The notes beneath the pieces were generated by a model. It saw only the letters and a program-made list of their open reading frames with translations. It was not told the origin of the DNA and ran no database searches. A stretch of DNA of 64,000 nucleotides from Scenedesmus sp. PABB004 (Eukaryota). The stretch spans positions 806,001 through 870,000 of the forward strand of contig JABVCE010000007.1 of assembly GCA_014905635.1 (NCBI GenBank), in the 5' to 3' direction. Below, in pieces: positions 36,770 through 48,537 of the stretch. A program made the position numbers and the translations under genes. How positions within the stretch are numbered: position 1 is the first letter of the stretch; every line of letters begins with the position of its first letter.

Positions 36770-38459
36770 TCACCACACCCACGGCACCAGCGCGCGCCGG
36801 GCGGGCGGGTAGGTCTTGAACGTGCGCCGGTACCAGGCGTGCGTCGCGCGCGCCGCGAGCGCGAGGTTGACGCCCTGCGCGGCAGCCGTCGGCGCGTGCG
36901 GGGCGGGCCGGCCGGGCGCGGGCCGGCCAGGCGCGGTGCGCGCGCACCACCCAGACGAGCATCAGCAGCGGCGCGGCGGCGCCGCGCGTGGCGAGCGCGA
37001 GGCCGGCGTAGATGACGACCTCGGCGAGGTAGTGCGGGCAGGACACCAGCTCAAACAGACCGCCTGCCGGCGCGCGGCGCGGCGCGGCTTGGCGGCCCGT
37101 GCGCGGGCAGGAGCGGGCCCGGCGGAGGGCGGGCGCGGCCCGACCACCCGCGCGCCGCGCCGCGCCGCGCGCCGCCGCACCGCGGGGGATCCGGTACGCG
37201 CTGCGCTCGCTCGCGGGCCGCCGGCCGCGGCTGAGCGCCGCGAGGCCGCGGTGCGCCGAGAACTGCAGCGCGTTGCCGGCCAGGAAGACCGCGGCGCCCT
37301 GCGGCGCGCGGCGCCGTCGCGGGTCTGCCGCAGCCCCGGGGTGCGGCGCGGCGCGGCGCGGCGCGCCAGCGGCCTGCGCCCCGCCCGTTCGCGCGCGCAC
37401 CGCGAGCGACAGCGCTCCCACGCCGCCCGGCAGCGCCGCGAGCTGGCCGCGCAGCGCGCCCGGCTGCGCCGCCGCCGGCGCGAGCCGCCGCCAGCGCTGC
37501 TGCTCGTACCAGGCCGCCGGCAGCAGCGAGAGCGGCACCACGGCATAGTAGCTGCACAGGCGGGGCGGACGAGGCGGGCGGGCGAGGCGGGGGCGCGCGG
37601 GCGCGCGCGGGCGGCGCGTGGGCGGCGCGCCTGCGCGGCGCCGCCGCGCCCCGCCCAGGCGCCCGCCCGCCCGCCGCACTTCCGGCAGCCCACCTCATGC
37701 CAAACGCGTAGGCGATGCCGTGCATGGACGCGCCCGGGGGGTACCTTAGCAGCAGGCCGGTCTCGGCCGCGCGGCGGACGAGGTGCAGCTGGAACAGCAG
37801 CAGCGCCAGCAGCGCCACCAGCTGCGGCGGCGGCGGCGGGGGCGGCGGGCGCGGGCGCGCGACGCGCCGCGTTTCGGGCGGCGCGGCCCTGGGCGCGCCG
37901 CGCGGCGCGCGGGGCCGGCCCGTGGCGCCGCACCTCGCCGCGCGCGGGCGCGCCGCCGGCCGCGGCGAGGCTGAGGCTGTGCGCCGCGAGCGCGGCCGCG
38001 TTGCAGGCGCAGCCGAGCAGGTAAAAGTGGAGGAACCAGGCCTGCGGCACGGACCAGTCCTGCACGGCGTGCGCGGTGGTGAGCAGGGCCCGGCGGGCGG
38101 CCGCCGCGGCGCGCGGCGCGCGGCACGCGGCGCGCTGCGCGCCTGGCGCAGGCCGCCGCCGCACCCGCAGCGGGCCCAGCGCGACCGGCTTGTCGTGCCA
38201 CAGCTTTCCGCGGCACGCCGACAGCACCACGGCGTCCCTGGCCGTGGCCGCGCGGCAACGGGCGGCGGTGAGCCGCCCGCCCGCGCGGCAGGGGCGCGCG
38301 GCGGGGCGGCGGCGCGCACTTGAACGCGCGCGGGACCGGGAGCGGCAGCAGCGTGACGATGACCGATCCCGCGGCGAGCAGCCAGTAGGCGAGGAGCAGG
38401 GGCGGCAGGCCCCGGCTCGCCAGGGCCTCCAGCGCCGCGAGGCCGCTGGCAGCGGCCAT
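36770..38459 (-). CDS. PPRD: Polyprenol reductase (steroid 5-alpha-reductase/SRD5A3 family)
   Basis: RGKL; SVPQAWFLHFY; HLVRRAAET; SMHGIAYAFGMSYY; YRIPRGGLFELVSCPHYLAEVVIY; NLALAARATHAWYRRTFKTYPPARRALVPWVW*. Confidence 0.92.
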
Positions 38460-38958
38460 CACCGCCGCCCGCCGCCGGGGCGCCGACGCGGGGCGCTGAC
38501 GATCGGTGCGGCTGGCACGCGCGATGAGCAAGGAGCTGGGGTGCCGCAGCGATTCTCGCGGCGCCCCTGGCCGGCGGCAGCGGCGCGCTGCTGCTGCCCA
38601 CGCGTGTGGGCGCTGCGGCGCGCTGCTGCTGGCGACGCGAAGGGCCCCAGCCGACGTGGTCGTGTCTGCGCGCGGAAACGACGAGTGCGCGCCCCGCCGA
38701 CAGCGTGCCGGCCAGACGCCGGCGCTGCGCCCCGGCGCCGGGACGCGGGCGTCGTCGTGCTGCGGCACCCCTCGTCGGCGGCGCCCACGCCACGCGGCTG
38801 CGCGTGCCGTGCGCCGCTCAGACCCTGGTGTCCGCCGCATGCGCGCCAGCAGCCAGACGCGCCAGCCGCCGCGCCGCCGCTGGCAGCGCGCTGCCGCCGC
38901 CCGCGCCCTCGCCTGGACTGCCGCGCCCGCGCGCCGACTGCAGCGCCTTCGTGTGACG

Positions 38959-39359
38959 ATGGCGAACGAGGGCGGCGCGGCGCGCCCGGGGACGGCCGAG
39001 GAGGTGCGCGGGGGCAGCAGCACCGGTCGCGATGCCCCGCCGCCCCCGCCCGCCAGGGCGCGCCAGGCCGGCGGCGCAGCGCTCGGAGCGAATCCCAGCG
39101 ACTTTCTCCAGCGCACGCGCCAGCAGGCGTCCCGCCGCGGCAGCGGGAGGCGCCGGGCCAGGGGGCAGCGCCGCCGTTGCGGCTGGCTGGCGCGACAGGC
39201 GCTCAGGCGGCGCGCGCGCGCGCTGCGTGACTTGCAGGGCATGAACATCGCCAAGGACGGCTGGTACACGGAGCTGGGCAGCATGTGGCCGGGGCAGGGG
39301 CTGTCGCTGCGCGTGAAGGAGGTCCTCCACCGCAGCCGCTCCCAGTTCCAGGCGCGCGG

Positions 39360-39443
<84 letters not shown>

Positions 39444-40164
39444 GGCCAGCGGGCGCCGCCGCCGCGGCCGGCGGGCGCGGCCGCCCGCGGCCGAGGCGCG
39501 CGGCGCGCGCGCGCGGCCGCAGGACGTGTGCGTGTTTGAGAGCGAGGCGTACGGCCGCGTGCTCGTGCTCGACGGCGTCATCCAGGCCACGCAGCGCGAC
39601 GAGTTCTCATACCAGGAGATGCTCACCCACATCCCACTCTGCGCGCTCGAGGCGCGGCGGGCGCGCGCACGCGGCGGCGGGGCGCGCAGGGCGCGGGGCG
39701 GCGGGGCACGGGGCGGCGCACGGAGGCGCGCGGCGCGCGGCGGGGCCCGTGGGAGGAGGGCGGGGCGCCGGCGGCGCCGGGCGCCGCCGACGCGCCGCGC
39801 GCCGCGCGCCCGGCCGGCGTCGCAGGCGCCCGCGAAGCGCGTGCTCGTGGTCGGCGGCGGCGACGGCGGCGTGCTGCGCGAGCTCGCGCGGCACGCGTCG
39901 CTCGAGGTGCGCCGCCGCGCACCACCTTGGGGGCGCCGCCGCTCCTGGGCCGCCGCCGCGGCCCGCAGCACGCGCCGCCGCGCGCCCAGCCAACCCCGCG
40001 CCCTGCTCGCACGCGCGCGCGCTTGCAGGAGATCCACATCGCCGAGATTGACGGCGCGGTGCCCGAGGTCGCGAAGCGCTTCTTCCCGGAGATGGCCGTC
40101 GGCTTCAGCGACCCGCGCGTGGCCGTGCACATCTGCGACGGCATCAAGTGCGCGACGCGGCGCT

Positions 40165-40235
<71 letters not shown>

Positions 40236-41138
40236 TGCCGCTGCCGCCGCCGCCGCCGCCGCCGCGCAGCCGTGGCGACGCAGCCGCCGCGCGCGCGCCC
40301 CCACCTGGCGCCCGCCCGCGTGTGCGCGTGCGCCCGCCGCCTAGGTTTGTGACCGACGCGGCGGAGGGCAGCTACGACGCCATCATCGTCGACTCGTCCG
40401 ACCCCGTGGGCCCGGCGGAGGTGCTCTTCCAGCAGGTGCGGCGGTGGCGGCGGCGGCGCGCTCGTGCGGGCGTGCGGGGGCCGCTCGCGCTCGCCGGCGG
40501 GCCCTGCCCGCCCCGCAGCCGACTCGCCGCCAACCCGCCGCCGCCCGCCGCCCACCGCCGCGCGCGCCCGCAGCCGTTCTTCGAGGCGATGCACCGCGCG
40601 CTGCGCCCGGGCGGCGTGGTGTGCACGCAGGCCGAGTCGCTGTGGCTGCACCTCGACGTCATCCGCTCCCTCGCGGCGATGTGCAAGCAGGTGCGGCCAC
40701 GCCCGCGCCGCGCCGCCGGGCGCCGCACCGCGCGCAGCCAACTCGTTGCCCCCGCGCCGCGCTGCCCGGCGCACCCGCGCCGCGCAGGTGTTTGTGGGCG
40801 GCAGCGTGGGCTACGCCTACACGACCATTCCAACCTACCCCAGCGGGCAGATCGGCATGATGGTCTGCGCCAAGGCCGCGCCGCTCGACGCGGCGACGCC
40901 GCGGCAGCCGCCGCCGGGCCCCGTGCCGGCGCTCGGCATCCCGCCCTGCAGGCGCGCGCCGCGCGGCGGCGGGGCGCGTGCCGCCGCCGCCGCCGCGCGG
41001 CGCGCCCGCGCCCGCGCGAGCGCCGACAGCCGCGCGCGTCGCCGGTCCAGGTACTACACGCCGGCCATCCACCGCGCCGCGTTTGTGCTGCCGCGCTACG
41101 CCGAGGAGGCGCTCGCGGACAGCCTGACGAAGCACTGA
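38959..41138 (+). CDS. SPDS: Spermidine synthase
   Basis: [99 protein letters not shown]. Confidence 0.97.
39361..39441. repeat. (GCC)n intronic microsatellite; a second array lies at ~40165-40265
   Basis: Long near-perfect gcc runs inside two spermidine synthase introns. Confidence 0.9.
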
Positions 41139-41547
41139 CGGCGCGCGCGCGGGGTGGTGCTCCGCTCGCGCGCGACGGGCGGCGCGCGCGGCGCGCGAGT
41201 GGAGCGGCGGCGGCAGGACAGACGCGGCGCGCATTGCGTCGGGGGCCGAGAGTGGGAGCGCGCTGGCGTGCGGTGGGGCGAGCGGCAACGCCGGCGCACG
41301 CTCCGCCGAGCGGCAGCGGCCGGCCGCGCTTCTCCGCCGCGCCGCCGCGAGCGCGCCGCATGGCGTCCGCCGGCCATCGCCGCCGCTCTTCCTCGCTCTT
41401 GCCCGCCGACCTCGCCCGTCGCGCCGCACAGCGCACGCACGCGCCCACCCCCGCGGCAGCAGCAGAGGCCGATCTCGTCTCGCGGCGCGCGCGCCCGGCG
41501 CGCTCTTCCCGAGCCGTTCATGGCGCTGCAATAGAGCATCCGCGAAC

Positions 41548-44500
41548 ATGGCCGGCCCGCTGGGCGCCGCGGCGCCCGGCGGCCTGTTCGCGGGCTGCTC
41601 CACGCGCAGCCCCTGCGCGCCCAGCTGCAGCGGGCGTGCGCTCGAGCGACGGCGGCCGCAGCGTCGCCTGCGGGCGGTGCAGACGGGCATCAGCGCCAAT
41701 GCCAGCAGCCTGGCGCCCGCATCTGTGGCCGTGGAGCCCGCCCCCCGCGCCTCGCCCACGGCCAGCTGGAGCGTGGAGGAGTTGGACGAGAGCGCCTTCC
41801 TGTCCACGCCCGCCAGCATGAGCAGCAGCAAGCCGCTGAAGATCAACCTCGACCTGCGCCTGGTGCGGCGCGCAGCGGCGGCGCGCAGCCGGCAGCGGCG
41901 TCGCGCGGGGGCAGCGGTGGCGCGCGGCGCGCGGGTCCCGGGTCCAGAGCGGCGAGGGGCAGCCGCGGGGCGCCGCGGCGCGCGCCGCATGGCGCCGGGC
42001 GCCGCTGGCCGGCAGGGCGGGCTCGCTGCCGCTGCCGCTGCCGGCCGCGCGGCCAGCCGCCCACCGCCGCTCGCCAACCGCCGCCTGCTCACCGCCGCCG
42101 CCGCCGCCGCCGCCGCGCGCAGTACCGCGCGCGGCTGTCGCGCATGCAGGCGGCGCTCGCGACCGACCCGGCGGCGAAGCGCGCGCTGCTGCGCGAGGCG
42201 GAGGCCTCGCTGCGCACGTGCCTCGCGATGGACGCGGCCGACCCGCGCAGCTACGTGGTGCTGGGCAAGCTGCTGGTGCAGCAGAAGCGCTACGACGAGG
42301 CGCGCAAACTCTACGCCGACGGCACCACCGCCACGGGTGCGCGGCGGCGGCGGCGGCGGCGCACGGAGCAGCGGCGGGCAGCGAGCGGGCGGCCGGCCGG
42401 CCGGCCGCCGCGCGCCGCGGGGCCGCGCCCGCTGAACACCCGCGTCGCCGCGCCGCGTCGCGTCGCGTCGCCGCCACAGGCAACACGTCGCCGTACATCT
42501 GGGCGGCCTGGGGGTACCTGGAGAGCCTCGCCGGCAGCGTGAGCCGCGCGCGCAAGCTCTTTGACGCGGCGGTCGTCGTCGACGCCGCCCACGCCGCGGC
42601 GTGGCACAAGTGGGGCATGCTGGAGATGCGGCAGGGCAACTACCTGCGCGCGCGGTGCGGCGGCGCGCGCGGCGCGGCGCGGCGCGGGCGCGGGCGGCGC
42701 GGGCGCGGGCGGCGCGGGCGGCGCGCGCGGCCGTGTGGCTGAGCCTGCTGGCGGCGCGGCCGCCGCGCAGGGACCTGTGGACCACGGGCATCAGCAAGTG
42801 CCGGCGCAGCAGCAGCCGCAGCAACACCTACCTCTACTGCTCCCTCGCGGTCATGGCCGCGGAGCTGGGCAAGCTCAGCGAGGCGCGCGCGTGGTTCCAG
42901 GTGCGGCCGCGGCCGCAGCGGCGGCGCGGCTCGGCTGCCGTGACGGCGGCGCGCGGGGCGCCGCGCGGGGGCCGCCGGCCGCCGACCGCCGGCCGCCGCG
43001 CCGCGCAGGAGGGCACGCGCCTCGCCGAGGGCCGGTCGAGCTGCGCGCTGTGGCACGCGTGGGCGATGACCGAGGCGCGGCTCGGCGACGCGAGCGCTGT
43101 GCGCTACCTGTTCAAGCGCTCGCTCGAGGCCAACCCGCGCAGCCGCTACACGCACCTCGCGTGGGCGATGTGGGAGCGGTCGCAGGGCAACGCGGCCGCG
43201 TGCCTGCAGCTGCTCGTGCGCGGGCAGGGGCTCAACCCCGCCGACCCCGCGATCTACCAGGTGCGGTCCGGCGGCGCGGCGCCGCACGCACGGCGCGGCG
43301 CGGCGCGGCGCGGCGCGGCGCGGCCCGGCGCGGCGACACAGCGCGGCGCAGTGCCTGCGGGCCGACGCCCCAACGCGCCGCCGCCGCCGCGACCGCGACC
43401 GCCGCGGCCGCCAGGCGCGTGGCATCGTCGAGAAGGAGGCGGGGCGCCTCGGCGAGGCGCGCGCCGCGTTCACGGCGGGCCTGACGGTCGACAAGCGCCA
43501 CCTGCACCTCTGGCAGGCGTGGGGCGTGATGGAGTTCCAGGTGCGCCGCCCGCCGCCCGGCGCCGCGGCAGCGGCGCGCGCGCACGGCGCTGCCGCGCGC
43601 TGCTGCGCGCGCGCCGCGCGCCGACGGCGCGCCGGCCCCCGACCCCGCGCCGCGCCCGCGGCGCAGGCGGGCAACTACGACGAGGCGCGGCGCCTCTTCC
43701 AGGAGGGCGTGTGGGCGGACCCGGGCAACCGGGACGTCGTGTACATCTTCCAGGCCTGGGGCGTGCTCGAGCAGCGCGCGGGCAACGCGCCGCTCGCGCG
43801 CGAGCTCTTCAAGGCGGCGCTGAAGGTCGACCCCAAGAACGAGTCCACCTGGGCGACCTGGATCGCGATGGAGGAGGACCTGGGACGCCTCGAGGCCGCG
43901 AACGAGCTCCGCATCCGGCGCAGCGAGCAGCAGTGGGAGTTTGTCATCCCCGCGAGCTTCTCGACGCGCCCCGACGGCGGCGGCGGCGGCGACGGCGGCG
44001 GCGGCGGGGCCGCGGGCGGCGGCCTGCTCGGGTCGCTGCTCGGCACGCTGAACCGCTTCTTCAGCGCGCGCAGCGCCGCCGGCCCCGCCGAGCGCGGCGC
44101 CGGCGGCGCGGCGGGCGCGGAGCGCGCGGGCGGCGCGGGCGCGGGCGCCGGCGCGCTCGGCGCGGCGCTCAACGGCGGCCCCGGCGCGGAGCAGCAGGCG
44201 GCGCTCATGCGCGAGCTGCTGCCGTCGGACTTCAGGGCCGACCTGACGCTGGAGGATATCATCAGCGAGGCCTCGGCGCTGGAGGTCGGCGGCGCGGCGG
44301 GCGGCGCCGCGAGCAGCAGCGGCGGCAGCAGCGGCGGCGACGCGGGCCGCGGCGCGCCGGGCGGCGGCCGCGCGGCAGCAGGCGCTGCCGAGGCGGGCGG
44401 CGGCGGCGCGGCGGCGGCGGCGGCCGGCGGCCAGGAGCAGCCCGGCGCGCCGGCGCCGGCGCCGGCGCCGGAGGCGGGAGCTGCAGCTGCAGCCGCCGCC

Positions 44501-44662
44501 GGCGGCGGCGACGGCGGGCGGCGCGGCCGCGGCCGGCAGCTGTTCCGCAAGCAGCGGCAGCAGGACCGCACGGACCGGGAGATGGGGCTGCAAGCACGGC
44601 CCGCGCGCCCGCCTGCTGCTGGAAAGCAGCAGCAGCAGGAGCAGCAGCAGCAGCAGCACTAG
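41548..44662 (+). CDS. MBB1: HAT/TPR-repeat chloroplast psbB/psbH mRNA maturation factor (Mbb1/HCF107)
   Basis: Transit peptide; [77 protein letters not shown]; further HAT repeats. Confidence 0.9.
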
Positions 44663-44682
44663 GCGGGCGGCGCGGCGTGTGG

Positions 44683-44687
44683 TTACA
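44683..44687 (-). promoter_or_regulatory. Polyadenylation signal TGTAA for the small secreted ORF
   Basis: ttaca on the + strand, about 80 nt downstream of the stop at 44765. Confidence 0.55.
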
Positions 44688-44764
44688 ACCGGAGAGAGAG
44701 AGCAGCCCGAGCGCGCCGCGCCGAGCAGTCGGGTAAGCGAGCGAGCCCCTCGCTCGCGGGGCCT

Positions 44765-45295
44765 TCACGGCCCCTCGCCCAGCAGCTCACCCGCGCCGTC
44801 TGTCGCGTCGCGGCCGCTGCTGCTGCTGTACGACGGCGCCGACGCCGCCAGCCGCGCGGTGGCGCGCAGCCGCGCGCTCGCCGCGCCGCGCACGCTCGAG
44901 CCCGTGCCGCCGCGCCCGACGGCGCGCCCGCCCTCGCGGTCGCCCGGCGTGCGGCGGCCGCCGGTCACGCCGCCGTCGTTGCGATTTACGTTGCGCGTGA
45001 TCGTGCGCGAGCCGTGCTTGGCACCACTGTCCAGCAGGCGCCGCCGCAGCGCAGCGCCGCCCAGCTCCGCCCCGACAGCGCCTCGCTCGCCGCCGCCGCC
45101 GCTGCCGCGCGCCTGCTCGCGCAGGCGCCTGGCCGTGTGCTCCTCACCGGCGGCGCTGGTGGGGACCAGCTCCGGCGACGCGCCCAGCCGTGGCCGCGCT
45201 GGCTGCTGCAGCACCGCGCGGCCGAGCGGCTGCGCCGCTGCCGCGCGGTCGAGCGGCGCCAGGAGCAGCAGGCAGACCGCCAGCGCCACGCCCAT
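44765..45295 (-). CDS. Small intronless secreted orphan protein or peptide precursor
   Basis: ATG at 45295; signal peptide MGVALAVCLLLLAPLDRAAAAQ; RRL and RRRLL sites; downstream TGTAA. Confidence 0.55.
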   Translation of the reverse strand: MGVALAVCLLLLAPLDRAAAAQPLGRAVLQQPARPRLGASPELVPTSAAGEEHTARRLREQARGSGGGGERGAVGAELGGAALRRRLLDSGAKHGSRTITRNVNRNDGGVTGGRRTPGDREGGRAVGRGGTGSSVRGAASARLRATARLAASAPSYSSSSGRDATDGAGELLGEGP

Positions 45296-45691
45296 CACCG
45301 GCGGCGGCGCCTGCAGGTCGAGCGTGCGGCGGCGGGAGGTCGGCGCAGCGCCCCCGCTGGCGCGGAGCAGGTGCGCGGGCTACCAGCGTCCTGCTCCGAG
45401 CCGGGCGCGGCCTGTGGCGTGCGTGACCGAGCACGGCCCAATCGTCCCGTGCCGGGGCGCACCGTCGAAAGGCCCCAGGCTCCGCCGGCTCGTGTTCAGG
45501 CTCCCTACCTGCAACCCGAACTGTCGAGTGGCTCCGCAGGGCTCGCCGCGGTCTGCTGACGCGACGCTGCTCTGGCCCCGCGCGAGCTCTCCTGAGGGCC
45601 GCTGTGCTTCGCGGCTGCGTGTGTCCAGCTCGGAGACTGCGCGGGGCCAGACATCACGGCGCCGGCTACAAGGTCAGCGGCCGCCCGAGTT

Positions 45692-46960
45692 TCAGAGCGC
45701 CGCCGCCGCGTCGGCGGGCTCGCGCGTGAACACGAACGTTCCCGCAGCGCCCGCGCCCGCGGTGGCGCGGCCGATGAGCATGCTGTCGTCGAGGTAGGTC
45801 AGCAGGTACGGCGCCGCGACGCCACGCCCCTCAGCGACCTGCTGCGCGCTCCGGAAGGGGAAGACCACTTTGAACTTTGTCCGTATCCGTATTCGCGGCA
45901 CGAGGCGCGTGCGCGGGGAGTGAGCGAGAGTGGGAGAGGGGGGGCGGTGCGCGGCGGAGCGGCAACCCCCCACGGCGCGCACCTCGCGGAGCGCCAGCAG
46001 CAGCTGCTGCTGGAGCCAGCCGCGCGGCAGCAGCGCCGGCGCGAGCAGCGCCTCAAGCGCGGGGCTGATGCGCACGCGGCCGAGCTGCGCCTCCTCAAAC
46101 GTGAGCGCGATGCGCCGCCCGCTGCGGACCGTGTACCTGCCGCGGCGCGCCGCGGCGCGCGCGCTGCGTCGGCGGCGGCGCGACCAGGGGCGGCGGCCGC
46201 ACGCCGGCGCGGCGCCCGCGCGCATGCAGCGTGCTGCGCGTGCCGCCGCTCACGACGCGCCGACGGTGAAGGTGAGGCCATTCTCCTCCGTCCCCGGCAG
46301 CGTGAACTGGATGATGTTCTCCACGCGCCCCTCGCCCGGCGGCGAGAAGCGCTGGAACACGCCGCCGACGCGCAGCGGCGCGGGCAGGCCGCGCGGGAGG
46401 TGCGGCGCGTCGCCCAGCCCCACGATCGGCACCTGCGGCGCGGCCGGCGGCCGCCGCCGTGAGGCCGGGCGGGCGCGCCGCGCGCGCTTCGGCGGCGCGC
46501 TGGGCGTTGGAGCGCGCTGGGGGCCCCGCGCGCGCTGGGGGACACGCACCACGTCCGCCGCGGTCGTGTACGCGAGGCGCCACGTGCCGGCGAGCAGCTC
46601 GTACTCGAGGTCGCCGACCGCGCACGCCTCGACCGCCACCTGCGCCTCCTCAATCTGCCCCCGCAGCGCCTTGCCCGCCCGCGCGCCGCGCGCCGTGCCG
46701 GCGACCCACGCCAGCAGCGCAGACTTGGCCGCCGCCGCGTCGGGCGGCGCCGCCGGCGCCGGCAGCGCCGCCGCCGCGCGGCAGCGGCAGCGGCGCACCC
46801 GCGCCCGCGCCCGCGCGGGCGCGTGTGGCTGCGGCGCAGGCGGTGCCGCCGCGCCGCGCCCGCCGGCGCGGCAGGTGCTGGGGCGGGCCAGAGCGGCAGT
46901 CCGCCCGCTGCTGGACGCCACGCCGGCGCTGCGAGCAGCGGCGCTGCAGGCCGCGGCCAT
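45692..46960 (-). CDS. Plastid lipid-associated protein (PAP/fibrillin family)
   Basis: Transit peptide; AKSALLAWVAGTARG; LLAGTWRLAYTTAADV; VFQRF; YLLTYLDDSMLIGRA...GTFVFTR; 4 exons. Confidence 0.9.
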
Positions 46961-47227
46961 TTCGGCGCTTCGCCGCCGCTGCCGCTGGTGGGCTCTGGCT
47001 CGTCGGGCTGCGAGCGGACGGGCGGCTAGCCTGAAGAGCGGGAACGGCCTGGCGCGCGCGTGGGGACGACGGGGAGCGCTGAACAAAGCGGCTGAGCCCT
47101 CCAGAGCGACCGACCGGTCGCCTGCTGCAGGGATGGAGCGCTGCTGCCCCTGTCCTCCCAGACCCGGCCTCCACCTCACGCCAGCAGCGATCCGCACCGA
47201 GCGGCGCTCGGCGGCGGCGCCGCAGCG

Positions 47228-48272
47228 ATGGCGCGCCGCGACCATCGCGCGCTCCTGCTGCTGGCCGCGGCGCATGCCGCGCTGGCGCTGAGCAGCCGGG
47301 AGTGCGAGGAGCTGGGGTGCGCTGGCCGCCTGCAGCGGCCGCTGTTGGCCGCCCGCAGCAGCCGCGTCCGCTGCTGCTGCCGGCCGCTGGCCGCTGCAGC
47401 GAGCGAGCGTGCCGCCGCCGCCGTGCCGGCAGGTTCACGGGCCTGCAGAGCTGCTCCGACTGCGAGTCGATGGCAGAGTTCGTCAAGGACGAGGGTGCGG
47501 CCAGGCGGCGGGCGGCCTCACGCAGGCTGCGAGCGCACCGCCGCGCCGCACCCCGGCGCGCGCGCGTCGACGACGGGCGGCGCTGCCGCCCCGCCACCGC
47601 AGAGCTGACCGCCGACTGCAAGCGCTGCTGCGTGGCGGACGCGGACGATGCGGGCGCCAAGTACGTGAGCGCGCGCCTGGAGGTCTGCCCCTACAGACTC
47701 AAGTGCGGCCAGCGGCGGCGGCGGCGGCAGCGCGGGCCGGCGGCCGGCGCGGCGCGGGCCCGCGGCGGCGATGCGCGCCCCGCCCCGCTCACGCCGCGCC
47801 GCCGGCGCCGCCCCGGCCGTGCGCACCGCCGCAGCGGCCTGCCTCACATCAAGGACTTTATCGACAAGCACGCGGCTCGCTACAAGGGGCAGCTCAAGGC
47901 GCGCCCGCTGCGCGAGCTGTGGCCGCCCGACGGCCGCGCGGCGCGCTGGCTCGCCCCGCCGCCCTCGCTCAGCGCCCGCCCGCCTGCCGCCGCCCCCGCT
48001 CAGGTGATCGAGCGCGTCGGCTCGTACCCGACGCTCACGCTGGTCGGCGCCGGCGGCGAGAGGAAATCGGCCCGCGTCGACAACTGGTGCGCCTGCCGCG
48101 CTCCCGCAGCCAGCCCGCGCCGCCCGCGCGGGTCCGCCGGCGCCCGCCGACGCCCGCCGCCCGGCGCCCGCCGCCCGGCGCCCGCTGCAGGCGCGTGCCG
48201 ACGATCCACGAGTTCCTCGCAAAGCTCGAGCCGGCCGCGCCCAAGGCGGCCAAGAAGAAGAAGAAGCAGTGA
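47228..48272 (+). CDS. SELENOF: Selenoprotein F (Sep15) homolog without selenocysteine
   Basis: Signal peptide; ECEELGFTGLQSCSDC; CKRCC (Cys-rich UGGT-binding region); ARLEVCPYRLNGLPHIKDFI; GSYPTLTL; RVDNW..IHEFL. Confidence 0.88.
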
Positions 48273-48537
48273 GAAGGCGCGCCGCCGCGTGGCCCGCCTT
48301 GTGCGTGGGAGTTGAAACCCGGACCGCGCCGCGCCGCCTCGTGGCCCGCCTTGCGTGTGGGCAGCATGCGCTCCCCACTCCCCCCGGCCAGTGCCTGGTG
48401 ACTAGAACCGCTCGTGAGGCCCGCTCGCAGCACGGAACGGCACCAACAAACGGCGACCACACAGGCGCAGACGCAGCGCGCTCGCCGCCGCCCGCAGCGG
48501 CCCACCTCGCCCACGCCCTGCCGCCGGCGGGCGCGGC

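Noticed and set aside
47228..48500. Selenocysteine codon or SECIS element in SelenoF
   Set aside because: No in-frame TGA at the active site; the codon is TAC.
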